64,000 bases of DNA from Caulobacteraceae bacterium (GTDB taxonomy: Bacteria > Pseudomonadota > Alphaproteobacteria > Caulobacterales > Caulobacteraceae): the NCBI GenBank assembly GCA_965284635.1, contig OZ260097.1:2566374-2630373 (forward strand), in the 5' to 3' direction. Both the position numbers and the translations under genes were made by a program. Below the pieces are notes generated by a model, which saw only the letters and a list, made by a program, of their open reading frames with translations, ran no database searches and was not told the DNA's origin. Below, piece after piece: positions 28,078 through 39,890 of this stretch (position 1 is the first letter of the stretch; every line of letters begins with the position of its first letter).

Positions 28078-29474
28078 CGGCGCTGGAACTCCGGACTCAT
28101 GAGCAGGATCGACAGGGCTTCCTGGCGCGACTCGGCGCGGGCCACCGCCTTGCGCACGGGCTCGCCCAGCCGCGCGCCGAGGGCCCCGGCGGCGATGGCG
28201 TTGGGGTCGAGATCGGCGGCGACGACGGCCGAGAAGCCCTCCGACCAGCCCATCCGCTTGATGATCGCGTCGGGCGCGGCCCAGGTCATGGCTTCCTCGG
28301 ACCAGCCCTTGGGGGAGGGCGGCGAGAAGGCCTGCTGGCCCATGGCCCGCAGCGGCGGGGCGAGATGCTCGATGGCCGCCGGCTGGCCGCCGATGGCCCG
28401 CCAGCTGGAGATCAGGAACTCGTACGGCGTCTTGAACTTCCGCGGCGCCGGCTCCCAGGCCTCGGGCGCGCTGATCAGCGCCTCGGCGACCTGCGTCAGA
28501 TGGCCGCCGGACCCGGTCCAGGCCGCCTCCAGCCGGGCCACCAGCGACGGCGGCGGGTCATCGGCGACGAAGTGCCGGGCGATCTTGGTGCAGACGTGCC
28601 GGGCGGTGGCCGGGTGCACGGCCAGGTCCTTCAGCACGGCCCCCGTCTGGTCGAGGCCGCCGGGCCGGTAGGTTTTCCCCATGATGGTCCGCGCGCCCGG
28701 CTCATGGGCATTGGCGCGGAATAGGAACGCGCCCTGCTGGGCGGGCGCTTCCCGCAGCCCCCCGACGCTCCAGCCGGTCAGGGCCCGGGCGAACTCGGTG
28801 ACGTCGCCCTGGCTGTAGCCGCCGTCCACGCCGACAGTGTGCAGCTCGAGGATCTCGCGGGCCAGGTTCTCGTTGATCCCGCCGCGCAGGGCCGGTCTCG
28901 GCCGTCGCTTGAGGAACTGGCCGGCCGGGCTGCCCGGGCCGACCGACTGGGCCTGGTCGAGGTACAGCAGCATCGCCGGGTGCGCGGTCGAGGCGACCAG
29001 CAGGTCCTCGAACCGGCCGAACACATGCGGCCGGATGGCTTCCTGCTCGAACGGGCCGACGACGGTGGCGGTGATCAGCTTGACCGCCGAGACGGTGAAA
29101 TGGTTGGCCCAGAACAGCGTCCAGCGCTCGCGGAAGCCGGCCGGGGTGGTCGCCGCCAGCCGGGCGCGCGCCAGAAAGTCGACCGCCGTGCCTTCACGCA
29201 GCATGCGGGCGGCGATCTGCACCGGGTCGCGGTCCGCCGTGTCGCCCTCGCGCCGGGCGGCGGCGACATCGGCGCGGTACTCGCGGAAGGCCTGCAGCCG
29301 CGTCATGGCCGTCTCGGGGGCCGCCTGAGGCTGGTCGGCGCCCTCGGCCGGCCGGATCTGGCCACGCAGCCAGCCGGCTGGGTCCGCCGCCACATCGGCC
29401 AGCTCGCCGGGCCGCGCCCCAAGGCCGAAGCGGGTCACCGCGATCGCGGACATCATCTCTCGGGAAACGGCCAA
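28074..29474 (-). CDS. DUF1800 domain protein
   Basis: RFGLGARPG, ERWTLFWANHF, MLLYLDQAQS, NENLAREILELHT; TTG start chosen from AAGGAGG 8 nt upstream. Confidence 0.9.
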   Translation of the reverse strand: MAVSREMMSAIAVTRFGLGARPGELADVAADPAGWLRGQIRPAEGADQPQAAPETAMTRLQAFREYRADVAAARREGDTADRDPVQIAARMLREGTAVDFLARARLAATTPAGFRERWTLFWANHFTVSAVKLITATVVGPFEQEAIRPHVFGRFEDLLVASTAHPAMLLYLDQAQSVGPGSPAGQFLKRRPRPALRGGINENLAREILELHTVGVDGGYSQGDVTEFARALTGWSVGGLREAPAQQGAFLFRANAHEPGARTIMGKTYRPGGLDQTGAVLKDLAVHPATARHVCTKIARHFVADDPPPSLVARLEAAWTGSGGHLTQVAEALISAPEAWEPAPRKFKTPYEFLISSWRAIGGQPAAIEHLAPPLRAMGQQAFSPPSPKGWSEEAMTWAAPDAIIKRMGWSEGFSAVVAADLDPNAIAAGALGARLGEPVRKAVARAESRQEALSILLMSPEFQRR

Positions 29475-29555
29475 GCGTTTCGCCTCCTTGCACTGACGGG
29501 GCGGTTCGTTCACTTGCACGACCGGGCGCGGCGCTTCCGTCGCGCGTTCTGGAGC

Positions 29556-30284
29556 ATGACCGTGACGGGCAAGGGAGACGGGGTCCAGCATCCGCGCCGG
29601 TTCTACCGCGCGGTGACGACCGGGCCGGCGGGCGAGGGCCATGCCGTGCTGCTGGACGGGCGTACGCCGAAGGCTCCGGGCGGCGCGCCGCTGGTGCTGC
29701 CGACCCCGGCCTTGGCCGAGCTGCTGGGCGCCGAATGGGACGCCCAGGACCCGCACATCGTCATGACCTCGATGCCCGGCGTCCGGCTGGCCTTCACGGC
29801 GCTGGAAAAGATCAACGCCGCCCGCGAGGCGGTGGCCGACGAGATCGCCCGCTACGCCGGCTCGGACCTGCTCTGCTACCGCGCCGAGGGCCCGCGCGAA
29901 CTGATCGCGCAGCAGGCTGCCGACTGGGATCCGCTGCTCGACTGGGCCCGGACCGATCTCGGCGTGGCGCTGGAGCCGACCACGGGCATCATCCACCGCG
30001 CCCAGCCGGCGGACTCGCTGGCCCGGGTGAAGGCCCTGGCCCTAACCTGCGACGATTTCGCCCTGACGGCGCTGGCCCATGCGGCGGGCCTGCTGGGCTC
30101 CGCGGTGCTGGCCCTGGCCCTGCAGCGCGGCCGGCTGGCGGGCGAGGCGGCCCACGATCTCGCCCGCCTCGACGAGGCCTTCCAGGAGCGCCTCTGGGGC
30201 GTCGACGCCGAAGCCGCCCTCCGCACCGAAGGCCGCCTCGCCGAGGCGGTGTTGCTGGAACGGTGGTTCCGGGCGCTTTCCTGA
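29556..30284 (+). CDS. ATP12-family F1-ATPase assembly chaperone
   Basis: RRFY...LLDGRTPKAP...EWDAQ...DLLCYRA...Q...WDPLLDW...DEAFQERLWGVD. Confidence 0.92.
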   Translation: MTVTGKGDGVQHPRRFYRAVTTGPAGEGHAVLLDGRTPKAPGGAPLVLPTPALAELLGAEWDAQDPHIVMTSMPGVRLAFTALEKINAAREAVADEIARYAGSDLLCYRAEGPRELIAQQAADWDPLLDWARTDLGVALEPTTGIIHRAQPADSLARVKALALTCDDFALTALAHAAGLLGSAVLALALQRGRLAGEAAHDLARLDEAFQERLWGVDAEAALRTEGRLAEAVLLERWFRALS

Positions 30285-30285
30285 A

Positions 30286-30436
30286 CCCTCTCCCAGCGGG
30301 AGAGGGAGGGGCCCGCCGCGCGGCGGCGGGAGGGTGAGGGGTTACGCTACGTCCCGCGAAACCTGACCCTCCGTAAGCCCTCAACCTCCCGCGCACCAAG
30401 GCGCGCGGGCCCCTCCTTCTCCCTCCGGGAGAAGGG
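30286..30436 (+). repeat. Repeat family B, copy 2
   Basis: CCCTCTCCCAGCGGGAGAGGG...GAGGGGTTACG...CGTAAGCCCTCA...CCTTCTCCCTCCGGGAGAAGG. Confidence 0.88.
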
Positions 30437-30505
30437 TTTTCCGCACTTGTCACGCCCGCGTCACGGCTTTAACCCGGTGCCGTTCGACGCAAGGGGAATG
30501 ACGGC

Positions 30506-32038
<1,533 letters not shown>

Positions 32039-32044
32039 GGTCTT

Positions 32045-32091
32045 CCTCTCCCGGAGGGAGAGGTGGCCCGGCGGGGCCGGGTCGGAGAGGG
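32045..32091 (+). repeat. Partial family B/C-like repeat half
   Basis: CCTCTCCCGGAGGGAGAGGTGGCCCGGCGGGGCCGGGTCGGAGAGGG after the pccB stop. Confidence 0.6.
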
Positions 32092-32235
32092 AGGAGCCGC
32101 TGGTGGGCGGCTGACCGCACCCGAGACCGGCCCCGCGAATTGGCGGCGGCAGCCATGTCGGCGCCCCTGATGGGTGACCGGATGACACCTGCCCTTTGGC
32201 CTTGATGGAATGATGCGCTCCGGGCGTCGGACCTG

Positions 32236-32290
32236 GTCAAGGACGACCCCTGCGGGGTCGCCGCCGCGCGGCCGCGAAGCGGTCCTTGAG
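32236..32290. repeat. Single palindromic element
   Basis: TCAAGGAC...GTCCTTGA arms enclosing the GACCCCTGCGGGGTC hairpin. Confidence 0.5.
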
Positions 32291-32524
32291 CAGGGCCGTC
32301 GCCGGAGCAACGCTGGCCGTCAAGACATCAGGGCGAGTCCGCCTTTGCCTCCCTCGAGGCTTTCTAGAAGGGATATGCGCCGCGCATGAAAGCAAAATCC
32401 CCGCGCCCAACCCGTTGAAATCCCACACCTCCGCCCGCGCTATTCCACCGCGCGAAACAATCTCTCCATCACCCCCTGAGCCCGCGCCTATCCTCAGGCC
32501 ATTCCCGTCGCACGGGGAGGGCGT

Positions 32525-32980
32525 ATGGCCATGCGACCTTGCGGCGACGGGGACGAGGTTCGAACGGGGACAGGCGACGGGGGGTTACCGTCGCGGTCCG
32601 GGGACGGCGCCGCACGCCGCCCGCCCGTCGGGGGTCGATACCGGCTAAGCCTCCAAACGGCTGCCTACCGGAGCTCCCGGAAAACGGATTTCGCGGCGTG
32701 TGACGGTCTACCCTTCTGCAAAGCCTACCCCAACAGACATCCGGGCAGACCGGAGCGCGCCGCACCACCTCCCCAACCTCGCTGGATGACAGTGAGGCCG
32801 AGAAGCCGCGTCCAATCAATCCCCGTCATCCTCGGGCCTGTCCCGAAGCCTGTCCTCGGGGCGGCCTTCGGCCGATCCCGGGGAACCCATGCACACGAAC
32901 CGTCGAGGCTATGCTCGGCGCTGGACAGGATCGCCGGGCGCCACGGCGTGCTTGGATCCTCGGGACAAGCCCGGGGATGA
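32525..32980 (+). CDS. Hypothetical ORF whose 3' third reads through repeat D (or a structured RNA)
   Basis: GGAGG at 32516-32520 before ATG 32525/32531; stop lies inside repeat D. Confidence 0.35.
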   Translation: MAMRPCGDGDEVRTGTGDGGLPSRSGDGAARRPPVGGRYRLSLQTAAYRSSRKTDFAACDGLPFCKAYPNRHPGRPERAAPPPQPRWMTVRPRSRVQSIPVILGPVPKPVLGAAFGRSRGTHAHEPSRLCSALDRIAGRHGVLGSSGQARG

Positions 32981-32983
32981 CGG
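32823..32983 (+). repeat. Palindromic repeat family D (GTCATC...GATGAC type), copy 1
   Basis: CCGTCATCCTCGGGCCTGTCCCG ... GGATCCTCGGGACAAGCCCGGGGATGACGG; second copy at 57269. Confidence 0.88.
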
Positions 32984-33003
32984 AAAAGAAGCAGGAGACC
33001 CCC

Positions 33004-33261
33004 ATGACCAGACCCCGCCTCGGCCGCACCGCGATGGATCGTCTCCACGCCCGGGCCACGGCCGAACACGCCGCGCTGGAGGAAGAGGCGGCCATCAACA
33101 GGATCGAAGAAGTCGGCGCCATAGCGCGGCTGGCCACGGCGATTCACGCCAGCCGGTCACCGGACCGCCATCCACGGCTTGGAGAACTACAGACGCGCGT
33201 GGAAGCCCTCGAACGCGCCCGCCGGAAGGCCTACGTCGTGCCGCCGGCCATGAAGTCGTAG
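33004..33261 (+). CDS. Small helical hypothetical protein (85 aa)
   Basis: AGGAG RBS; MTRPRLGRTAMDRLH...; overlaps the convergent fliN-like gene by 31 bp. Confidence 0.5.
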   Translation: MTRPRLGRTAMDRLHARATAEHAALEEEAAINRIEEVGAIARLATAIHASRSPDRHPRLGELQTRVEALERARRKAYVVPPAMKS

Positions 33262-33485
33262 ACGTCGGCGGCGCGGGTCACGGCGATGCTGATGCGGTCG
33301 TCGTTGATCTGGATTTCGCCGCGCGCGACCGGGTGGTTGTTGGCCAGGATCCACACCTCGTCGGTGGCCTTGGCGTCGAGCGGAATCACCGCGCCCCGGC
33401 CCATCCGCAGCAGCTGCGACATGGGGAGCGTGGATCGTCCCAGGACGACCGAAATCTCGACGTTGACCGACTTGACCTGACTCAC
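33231..33485 (-). CDS. FliM/FliN (SpoA domain) family protein
   Basis: [31 protein letters not shown]...[13 protein letters not shown]. Confidence 0.88.
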   Translation of the reverse strand: MSQVKSVNVEISVVLGRSTLPMSQLLRMGRGAVIPLDAKATDEVWILANNHPVARGEIQINDDRISIAVTRAADVYDFMAGGTT

Positions 33486-33537
33486 GAAACGCTTGGCCCC
33501 TCGCGCAATGAGCGCCGACACGCCACATTGGGCCGTC

Positions 33538-34308
33538 ATGCTTGATCAGCCGTTAAATACCGCCGCCCCGGACGTCGATGCCGCGGTTCTTTTCGGCCGC
33601 GCCGACGGCTTGCCGGCCGGCTGGGCCGTGTCGCGGTCGCCCGTGCCCTATCCGCAAGCCGTGGCGGCCATGGAGGCCCGCGCCGAGGCCATCGCGAAGG
33701 GCGAGGCGGGCGAGCTGGTCTGGTTGCTGGAGCATCCGCCGCTCTACACGGCCGGGGTCTCGGCCAGGGCGGCCGACCTGATCATGCCGGACCGCTTCCC
33801 GGTGTTCGAGAGCGGGCGAGGGGGGCAGTACACCTACCACGGCCCCGGCCAGCGGGTGGCCTATGTCATGCTCGACCTCGGCAAGCGGACCAAGGACGTG
33901 CGGGCCTTTGTCGCGGCGCTGGAGGCCTGGGTCATCGAGGCCCTGGCCGCCTTCAACCTCGAAGGCCAGATCCGCGAGGGTCGCGTCGGCGTCTGGGTTG
34001 AACGCAAGGGGCCTGGCTGGTCGCGCGAGGACAAGATCGCCGCCATCGGCGTCAAGCTGCGCCGCTGGGTCAGCTTTCACGGCGTCAGCCTCAACGTCGA
34101 GCCGGACTTGGACCACTTCGGCGGCATCGTGCCCTGCGGCGTCACCGAGCATGGCGTGACCAGCCTCGTCGACCAGGGCCTGCCGGTGACCATGGACGAG
34201 GCCGACGCGGCCCTGAAGGCGGCGTTCCAGCGGGTGTTCGGGGCGGTGGTGGATGCCCCTCTCCCAACGGGAGAGGGAGGGGCCCGACGCGAAGCGGCGG
34301 GAGGGTGA
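33538..34308 (+). CDS. lipB: Lipoyl(octanoyl) transferase
   Basis: [41 protein letters not shown]; start uncertain; last ~16 aa derive from repeat B. Confidence 0.95.
   Translation: MLDQPLNTAAPDVDAAVLFGRADGLPAGWAVSRSPVPYPQAVAAMEARAEAIAKGEAGELVWLLEHPPLYTAGVSARAADLIMPDRFPVFESGRGGQYTYHGPGQRVAYVMLDLGKRTKDVRAFVAALEAWVIEALAAFNLEGQIREGRVGVWVERKGPGWSREDKIAAIGVKLRRWVSFHGVSLNVEPDLDHFGGIVPCGVTEHGVTSLVDQGLPVTMDEADAALKAAFQRVFGAVVDAPLPTGEGGARREAAGG
33542..33556. promoter_or_regulatory. CtrA-like box upstream of the fliN-like gene
   Basis: TTGA-N7-TTAA, ~57 bp upstream of the minus-strand GTG. Confidence 0.5.
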
Positions 34309-34390
34309 GGGCGTTACGGCGCGGACCGGCGAAGCCGTAAACCCTCATCCGTCGGGCTCCGCCCGACACCTTCTCCCGCCGGGAGAAGGA
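34257..34390 (+). repeat. Repeat family B, copy 3 (overlaps lipB 3' end)
   Basis: CCCTCTCCCAACGGGAGAGGG...GAGGGCGTTACGG...CCGTAAACCCTCA...TTCTCCCGCCGGGAGAAGGA. Confidence 0.88.
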
Positions 34391-34396
34391 AGGCCG

Positions 34397-34759
34397 CTAC
34401 CCCTTCTGGCAGGCCTTCCAGGCCTGGTAGTCCGGCCGTTCGGTCGAGCGCTTCAGGCTGGGATTGCCCCAGACGAACGCGGAATTGGCGTCGTCCGGCG
34501 ACTCGTTGACCCACACCTCGCCGGTGACCTTGGTCCAGGTGAACTCGCGGTCGTCGCTGCCGGCGCTGGGGCTGACCAGGGCGCAGACGTCGCCGGCCGG
34601 GGTCACCTTGATCTTGCGGAAGCCGGCCGACTTGCTGCTCTTCAGCATGCCCTTGACCGCGTCGATGGCGGGCTGGGCTTCCGGCGGGACGGCGTCGGCG
34701 GCCAGCGCGGGCGCGGCGGCGAGGGCGAGGACGAACGAGAGGGCGAGACCGGCGCGCAT
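34397..34759 (-). CDS. Small secreted hypothetical protein
   Basis: Signal peptide MRAGLALSFVLALAAAPALA; two Cys. Confidence 0.7.
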   Translation of the reverse strand: MRAGLALSFVLALAAAPALAADAVPPEAQPAIDAVKGMLKSSKSAGFRKIKVTPAGDVCALVSPSAGSDDREFTWTKVTGEVWVNESPDDANSAFVWGNPSLKRSTERPDYQAWKACQKG

Positions 34760-34770
34760 GCGGGCGATTC

Positions 34771-35175
34771 CTAGACGGTGGCGGGTTTGACGGGATTGGG
34801 GCCGTAGCGGTTGGCCCCCTGTTCGCCGGGCATGGCGCCCAGTTCGACGGCGGCCCACAGGATGACGATCGTGAACACGAAGTCGATGAAGTTGAACGGC
34901 TGCGACCAGACCGCGACCAGGGCCAGGATGACGATCGCCGCCAGCCAGCCGGACCGGCCGCGGTCGTGCAACCGCTTGGACAGCACGCAGGCGACGCTGA
35001 ACAGCAGGCCCGGATAGACGAACCAGCCGGTCAGCCAGTGCAGGGCCGACACGACCGAGGCCTCGTAGATCACCGCGAGGAACATCAGGGCCGCCGAGGC
35101 GATGAGGAACGGCGTCCGCCCCACGCGGCCGGTGGAGGAGAAGAACAGCTCCACCCAGTCAATCTGGCCGCCCAT
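34771..35175 (-). CDS. DUF805 family membrane protein
   Basis: FFSSTGRVGRTPF...KRLHDRGRSGW...GANRYGP. Confidence 0.9.
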   Translation of the reverse strand: MGGQIDWVELFFSSTGRVGRTPFLIASAALMFLAVIYEASVVSALHWLTGWFVYPGLLFSVACVLSKRLHDRGRSGWLAAIVILALVAVWSQPFNFIDFVFTIVILWAAVELGAMPGEQGANRYGPNPVKPATV

Positions 35176-35218
35176 GGATTCGCTCGCTCCGACTCTGGAA
35201 TAGGGTCTCCGTCCCTAT

Positions 35219-35656
35219 CTAGGCGAGAGCGGCGCGCGGCGAAAGGCTTGCGGCCCAGCGACGGCGCGGGTCGGCCACGCCCTCGCGGACGCCATGGCGG
35301 TTGGGGCCGGGCGTGCCGGGTCCGGTGACCAGGCTCAGCGCCATCCACAGCTGTCCCAGCAGGGGCGGCATGACGAACAGCAGCATCCAGCCGGACTGGT
35401 TCCGGTCGTGGCAGCGCTTCACGGCGCAGGCCAGGGCGATGATCAGGGCGTTGCACAGCAGCGCCGAGGCCAGGCTGGCCACCAGCCCCCGGCTGAGCCC
35501 GGTGACCCGGGCCATCAGCTCGTCCCCGGCGCCGCTCAGCACGATCAGCAGGAAGATGGCGACATAGCTGCCGGTGAGCAGGGCGATCTGGCTCAGCGCG
35601 AAATCGAGCCGGCCCATCCGTCCCCTGAAACTGTAGAGATCCAGAACAGCACGCAC
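35219..35656 (-). CDS. DUF805 family membrane protein
   Basis: SFRGRMGRLDF...VKRCHDRNQSGW...GTPGPNRHG. Confidence 0.85.
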   Translation of the reverse strand: MRAVLDLYSFRGRMGRLDFALSQIALLTGSYVAIFLLIVLSGAGDELMARVTGLSRGLVASLASALLCNALIIALACAVKRCHDRNQSGWMLLFVMPPLLGQLWMALSLVTGPGTPGPNRHGVREGVADPRRRWAASLSPRAALA

Positions 35657-35740
35657 GGCGGTTCCTCCCGAGGCCCATGCGGTTAACGCGGGTCGGGCGG
35701 ATTGGTTCTCGCGAAGCGTGATGAGGGGGCCGTGAAGGCG

Positions 35741-37717
<1,977 letters not shown>

Positions 37718-37830
37718 CGGCCTGGCCACGCCCCTTGCGCACGATTTTGCCGCGCCGGGTTAGCCCGCACAGGGCGGCTTTGCAACGGCGCCGCAACGTC
37801 GCCCTGCGAGCTTGTCCGTTCACGAAGCGG

Positions 37831-38559
37831 TCAGGCGGGGATCCTCGACCCGTCCCAGGCGAACACGCCGCCGCTGTCGGCCGGCGTCAGGCCGTCCAGC
37901 ACCCGCAGCAGGTGCGCGGCGCTGCCCGAGGGGGTGAACAGCCGTTCGGTGGCCACGCCGGCCTGGAACGGCCGGCTGAGGCCGGTATCGACCGTGCCCG
38001 GATGAAGGCCGACGCACAGGGCTTGCGGCCGGGAGCGCGCCAGCTCGATGGCCATCGTCGCGATCAGCATGTTCAGCGCCGCCTTCGACGCCCGGTAGCC
38101 CTGCCATCCGCCCAGCCGGTTGTCGGAGATGCTGCCGACCCGCGCCGACAGGGCGGCGAAGGCGCTGCGCCCGGTTCGCGGCAAGAGCGGCAGCATGTGC
38201 TTGGCCACCAGGGCCGGGCCGATGCTGTTGATCGCGAAGGCCTGCATCAGGGCGGCCGCGTCAAGCTGTCGCAAGGCCTTCTCGGGCGACAGTCCGGGGC
38301 CGTGCAGCCGGCCGGTGGCGACGATCACCAGCCGCGGCGGCGTGTCCAGCCTGGCCGCGGCTTCGGCGATCGAGGCCTCGTCCTCCAGATCGAGCCGGCC
38401 GGGCAGGGCGCCCGCCGGCGCGGTCAGCCCCTGCCGGCTCAGGGCGTGCACCGCCGTGAACCGGCCGCCGTCGACCAGCGCGGCGGTCAGGGCGGCGCCG
38501 AGGCCGCCGGACGCGCCGACGACCACCGCGCAGCCGTCATCGGGAAAGGAGGTGACCAT
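37831..38559 (-). CDS. SDR-family oxidoreductase (C-factor-like)
   Basis: VVVGASGGLG, SARVGSISDNRLGGWQGYRASKAALN, LHPGTVDT. Confidence 0.9.
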   Translation of the reverse strand: MVTSFPDDGCAVVVGASGGLGAALTAALVDGGRFTAVHALSRQGLTAPAGALPGRLDLEDEASIAEAAARLDTPPRLVIVATGRLHGPGLSPEKALRQLDAAALMQAFAINSIGPALVAKHMLPLLPRTGRSAFAALSARVGSISDNRLGGWQGYRASKAALNMLIATMAIELARSRPQALCVGLHPGTVDTGLSRPFQAGVATERLFTPSGSAAHLLRVLDGLTPADSGGVFAWDGSRIPA

Positions 38560-38586
38560 CGGACGCCACCTAGGGCGGCCCGGGCG

Positions 38587-38907
38587 TCAGGCCAGCTTCA
38601 CCGCGGTGCCGCAGGCGGTGACCATCATCATGCCGTTGTCGGCGCCGAGGGTCTCGTAGTCGAGATCGACCCCGACCACCGCGTCGGCGCCGAGGCCGGC
38701 CGCCTGGTCGGTCATTTCGCGCAGGGCGATCTCGCGGGCCTCGCGCAGCACCGACTCATAGCTGCCGGCCCGGCCGCCGACGATGTCGCGGATGCCGGCG
38801 AACAGGTCGCGGAACAGATGGGCGCCGATGATCGCCTCGCCGCAGACGACCCCGAGGGTCTCGCGGGTCGGGCGTTCGGCGATGGTCGGGGTGGTGGCGG
38901 TCAGCAT
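38587..38907 (-). CDS. YbjQ/UPF0145 family protein
   Basis: [33 protein letters not shown]...GADAVVGV...GTAVKL. Confidence 0.92.
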   Translation of the reverse strand: MLTATTPTIAERPTRETLGVVCGEAIIGAHLFRDLFAGIRDIVGGRAGSYESVLREAREIALREMTDQAAGLGADAVVGVDLDYETLGADNGMMMVTACGTAVKLA

Positions 38908-38958
38908 GGGGGTTCCTGTCCCTTTCAGAGGCGGCGTTCCCGCCTTACATTGGCGCTC

Positions 38959-39441
38959 ATGACCGATATCGCCAGATCCGCCTCGGGTTTCGACCTGACC
39001 CCGCCCACCGACGCCGAGCGCGAGCGGCTCGAAGCCGACCTGACGCCCCAGGAGGCCGAAGTCCTGCTGCACCACGGCACGGAGGCCCCGTTCTGCGGCG
39101 GCCTGCTCGGCGAGAAGCGCCCCGGGGCCTACTGCTGCCGCCAGTGCGGTTTGCCGCTGTTCCGCTTCGAGACCAAGTTCGAGAGCGGCACCGGCTGGCC
39201 CAGCTTCTATGCCCCCTATGACGAGGCCCACGTCGCCGAGGTGCGTGACACCAGCTACGGCATGCTGCGCATCGAGACGCTCTGCGCCCGCTGCGGCAGC
39301 CACCAGGGCCACGTCTTCCCCGACGGCCCGCCGCCGACGCGCCTGCGCTACTGCATCAACTCGATCTCCCTGACCTTCGTCGGCGACGGCGAGCCGCTGC
39401 CCGATCCGCTGGAACGAGGGGACGAATTTCCCTCTCCCTGA
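38959..39441 (+). CDS. msrB: Peptide-methionine (R)-S-oxide reductase
   Basis: [44 protein letters not shown]. Confidence 0.96.
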   Translation: MTDIARSASGFDLTPPTDAERERLEADLTPQEAEVLLHHGTEAPFCGGLLGEKRPGAYCCRQCGLPLFRFETKFESGTGWPSFYAPYDEAHVAEVRDTSYGMLRIETLCARCGSHQGHVFPDGPPPTRLRYCINSISLTFVGDGEPLPDPLERGDEFPSP

Positions 39442-39586
39442 GGGGAGAGGGAGGGGCCCGGCGCGTAGCGACGGGAGGGTGAGGGGTTACGGCGCGGGCC
39501 GGCTTCCTCCGTAAACCCTCAACCTCCCATCCTGCTTCGCGGTCGCTCCGCAGGACGGGCCCCTCCTTCTCCCACGGGGAGAAGGA
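39430..39586 (+). repeat. Repeat family B, copy 4 (contains the msrB stop)
   Basis: CCCTCTCCCTGAGGGGAGAGGG...GGGGTTACGG...CCGTAAAACCCTCA...TTCTCCCACGGGGAGAAGGA. Confidence 0.88.
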
Positions 39587-39642
39587 CATATGAGGACTTC
39601 CCATACCGTTCGGCTTTTGCTACCCCCCGCGCCTCACCACGG

Positions 39643-39729
39643 GCGGTCGTGGCGGAATTGGTAGACGCGCAGCGTTGAGGTCGCTGTTCCCTAACCGGAG
39701 TGGAAGTTCGAGTCTTCTCGACCGCACCA
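39643..39729 (+). tRNA. tRNA-Leu (anticodon GAG)
   Basis: GCGGTCG/CGACCGC acceptor stem, GGCGGAATTGGTAGACGC D arm, CAGCG-TTGAGGT-CGCTG anticodon arm, long variable arm, GTTCGAGTC, encoded CCA. Confidence 0.97.
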
Positions 39730-39890
39730 TCCTGTTTCGCTCCTTACGGGGCTTTGCAGGATAATCCGTTGGTGAGAGGCCCGCTTGGCCAGGCGGATCG
39801 TGGGCTTGCCCCGCGAAACCTTGGCCAGGCAGGGTGAATCAGAGGCAAGAAGCACTGCAGGATTGATCTCTTCGTTCAGGAGGCCCCGAA

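Noticed and set aside
28074-29996. Extended ORF-track starts (e.g. 29996 for DUF1800, 5707 for sbtA, 37735 for msrB, 21974 for crcB, 59540 for GDPD)
   Set aside because: The extensions overlap other genes or repeats and lack homology-like sequence; downstream starts with RBS or overlap support were used instead.
39590-39665. Small ORF after the AAGGA at the end of repeat B copy 4
   Set aside because: It would run into the tRNA gene; the SD-like sequence is simply the repeat terminus.
39700-39729. tRNA-Leu 3' end as an integration site
   Set aside because: I saw no duplicate of the 3' end in the window, and the core gene mgtE follows within 160 bp.
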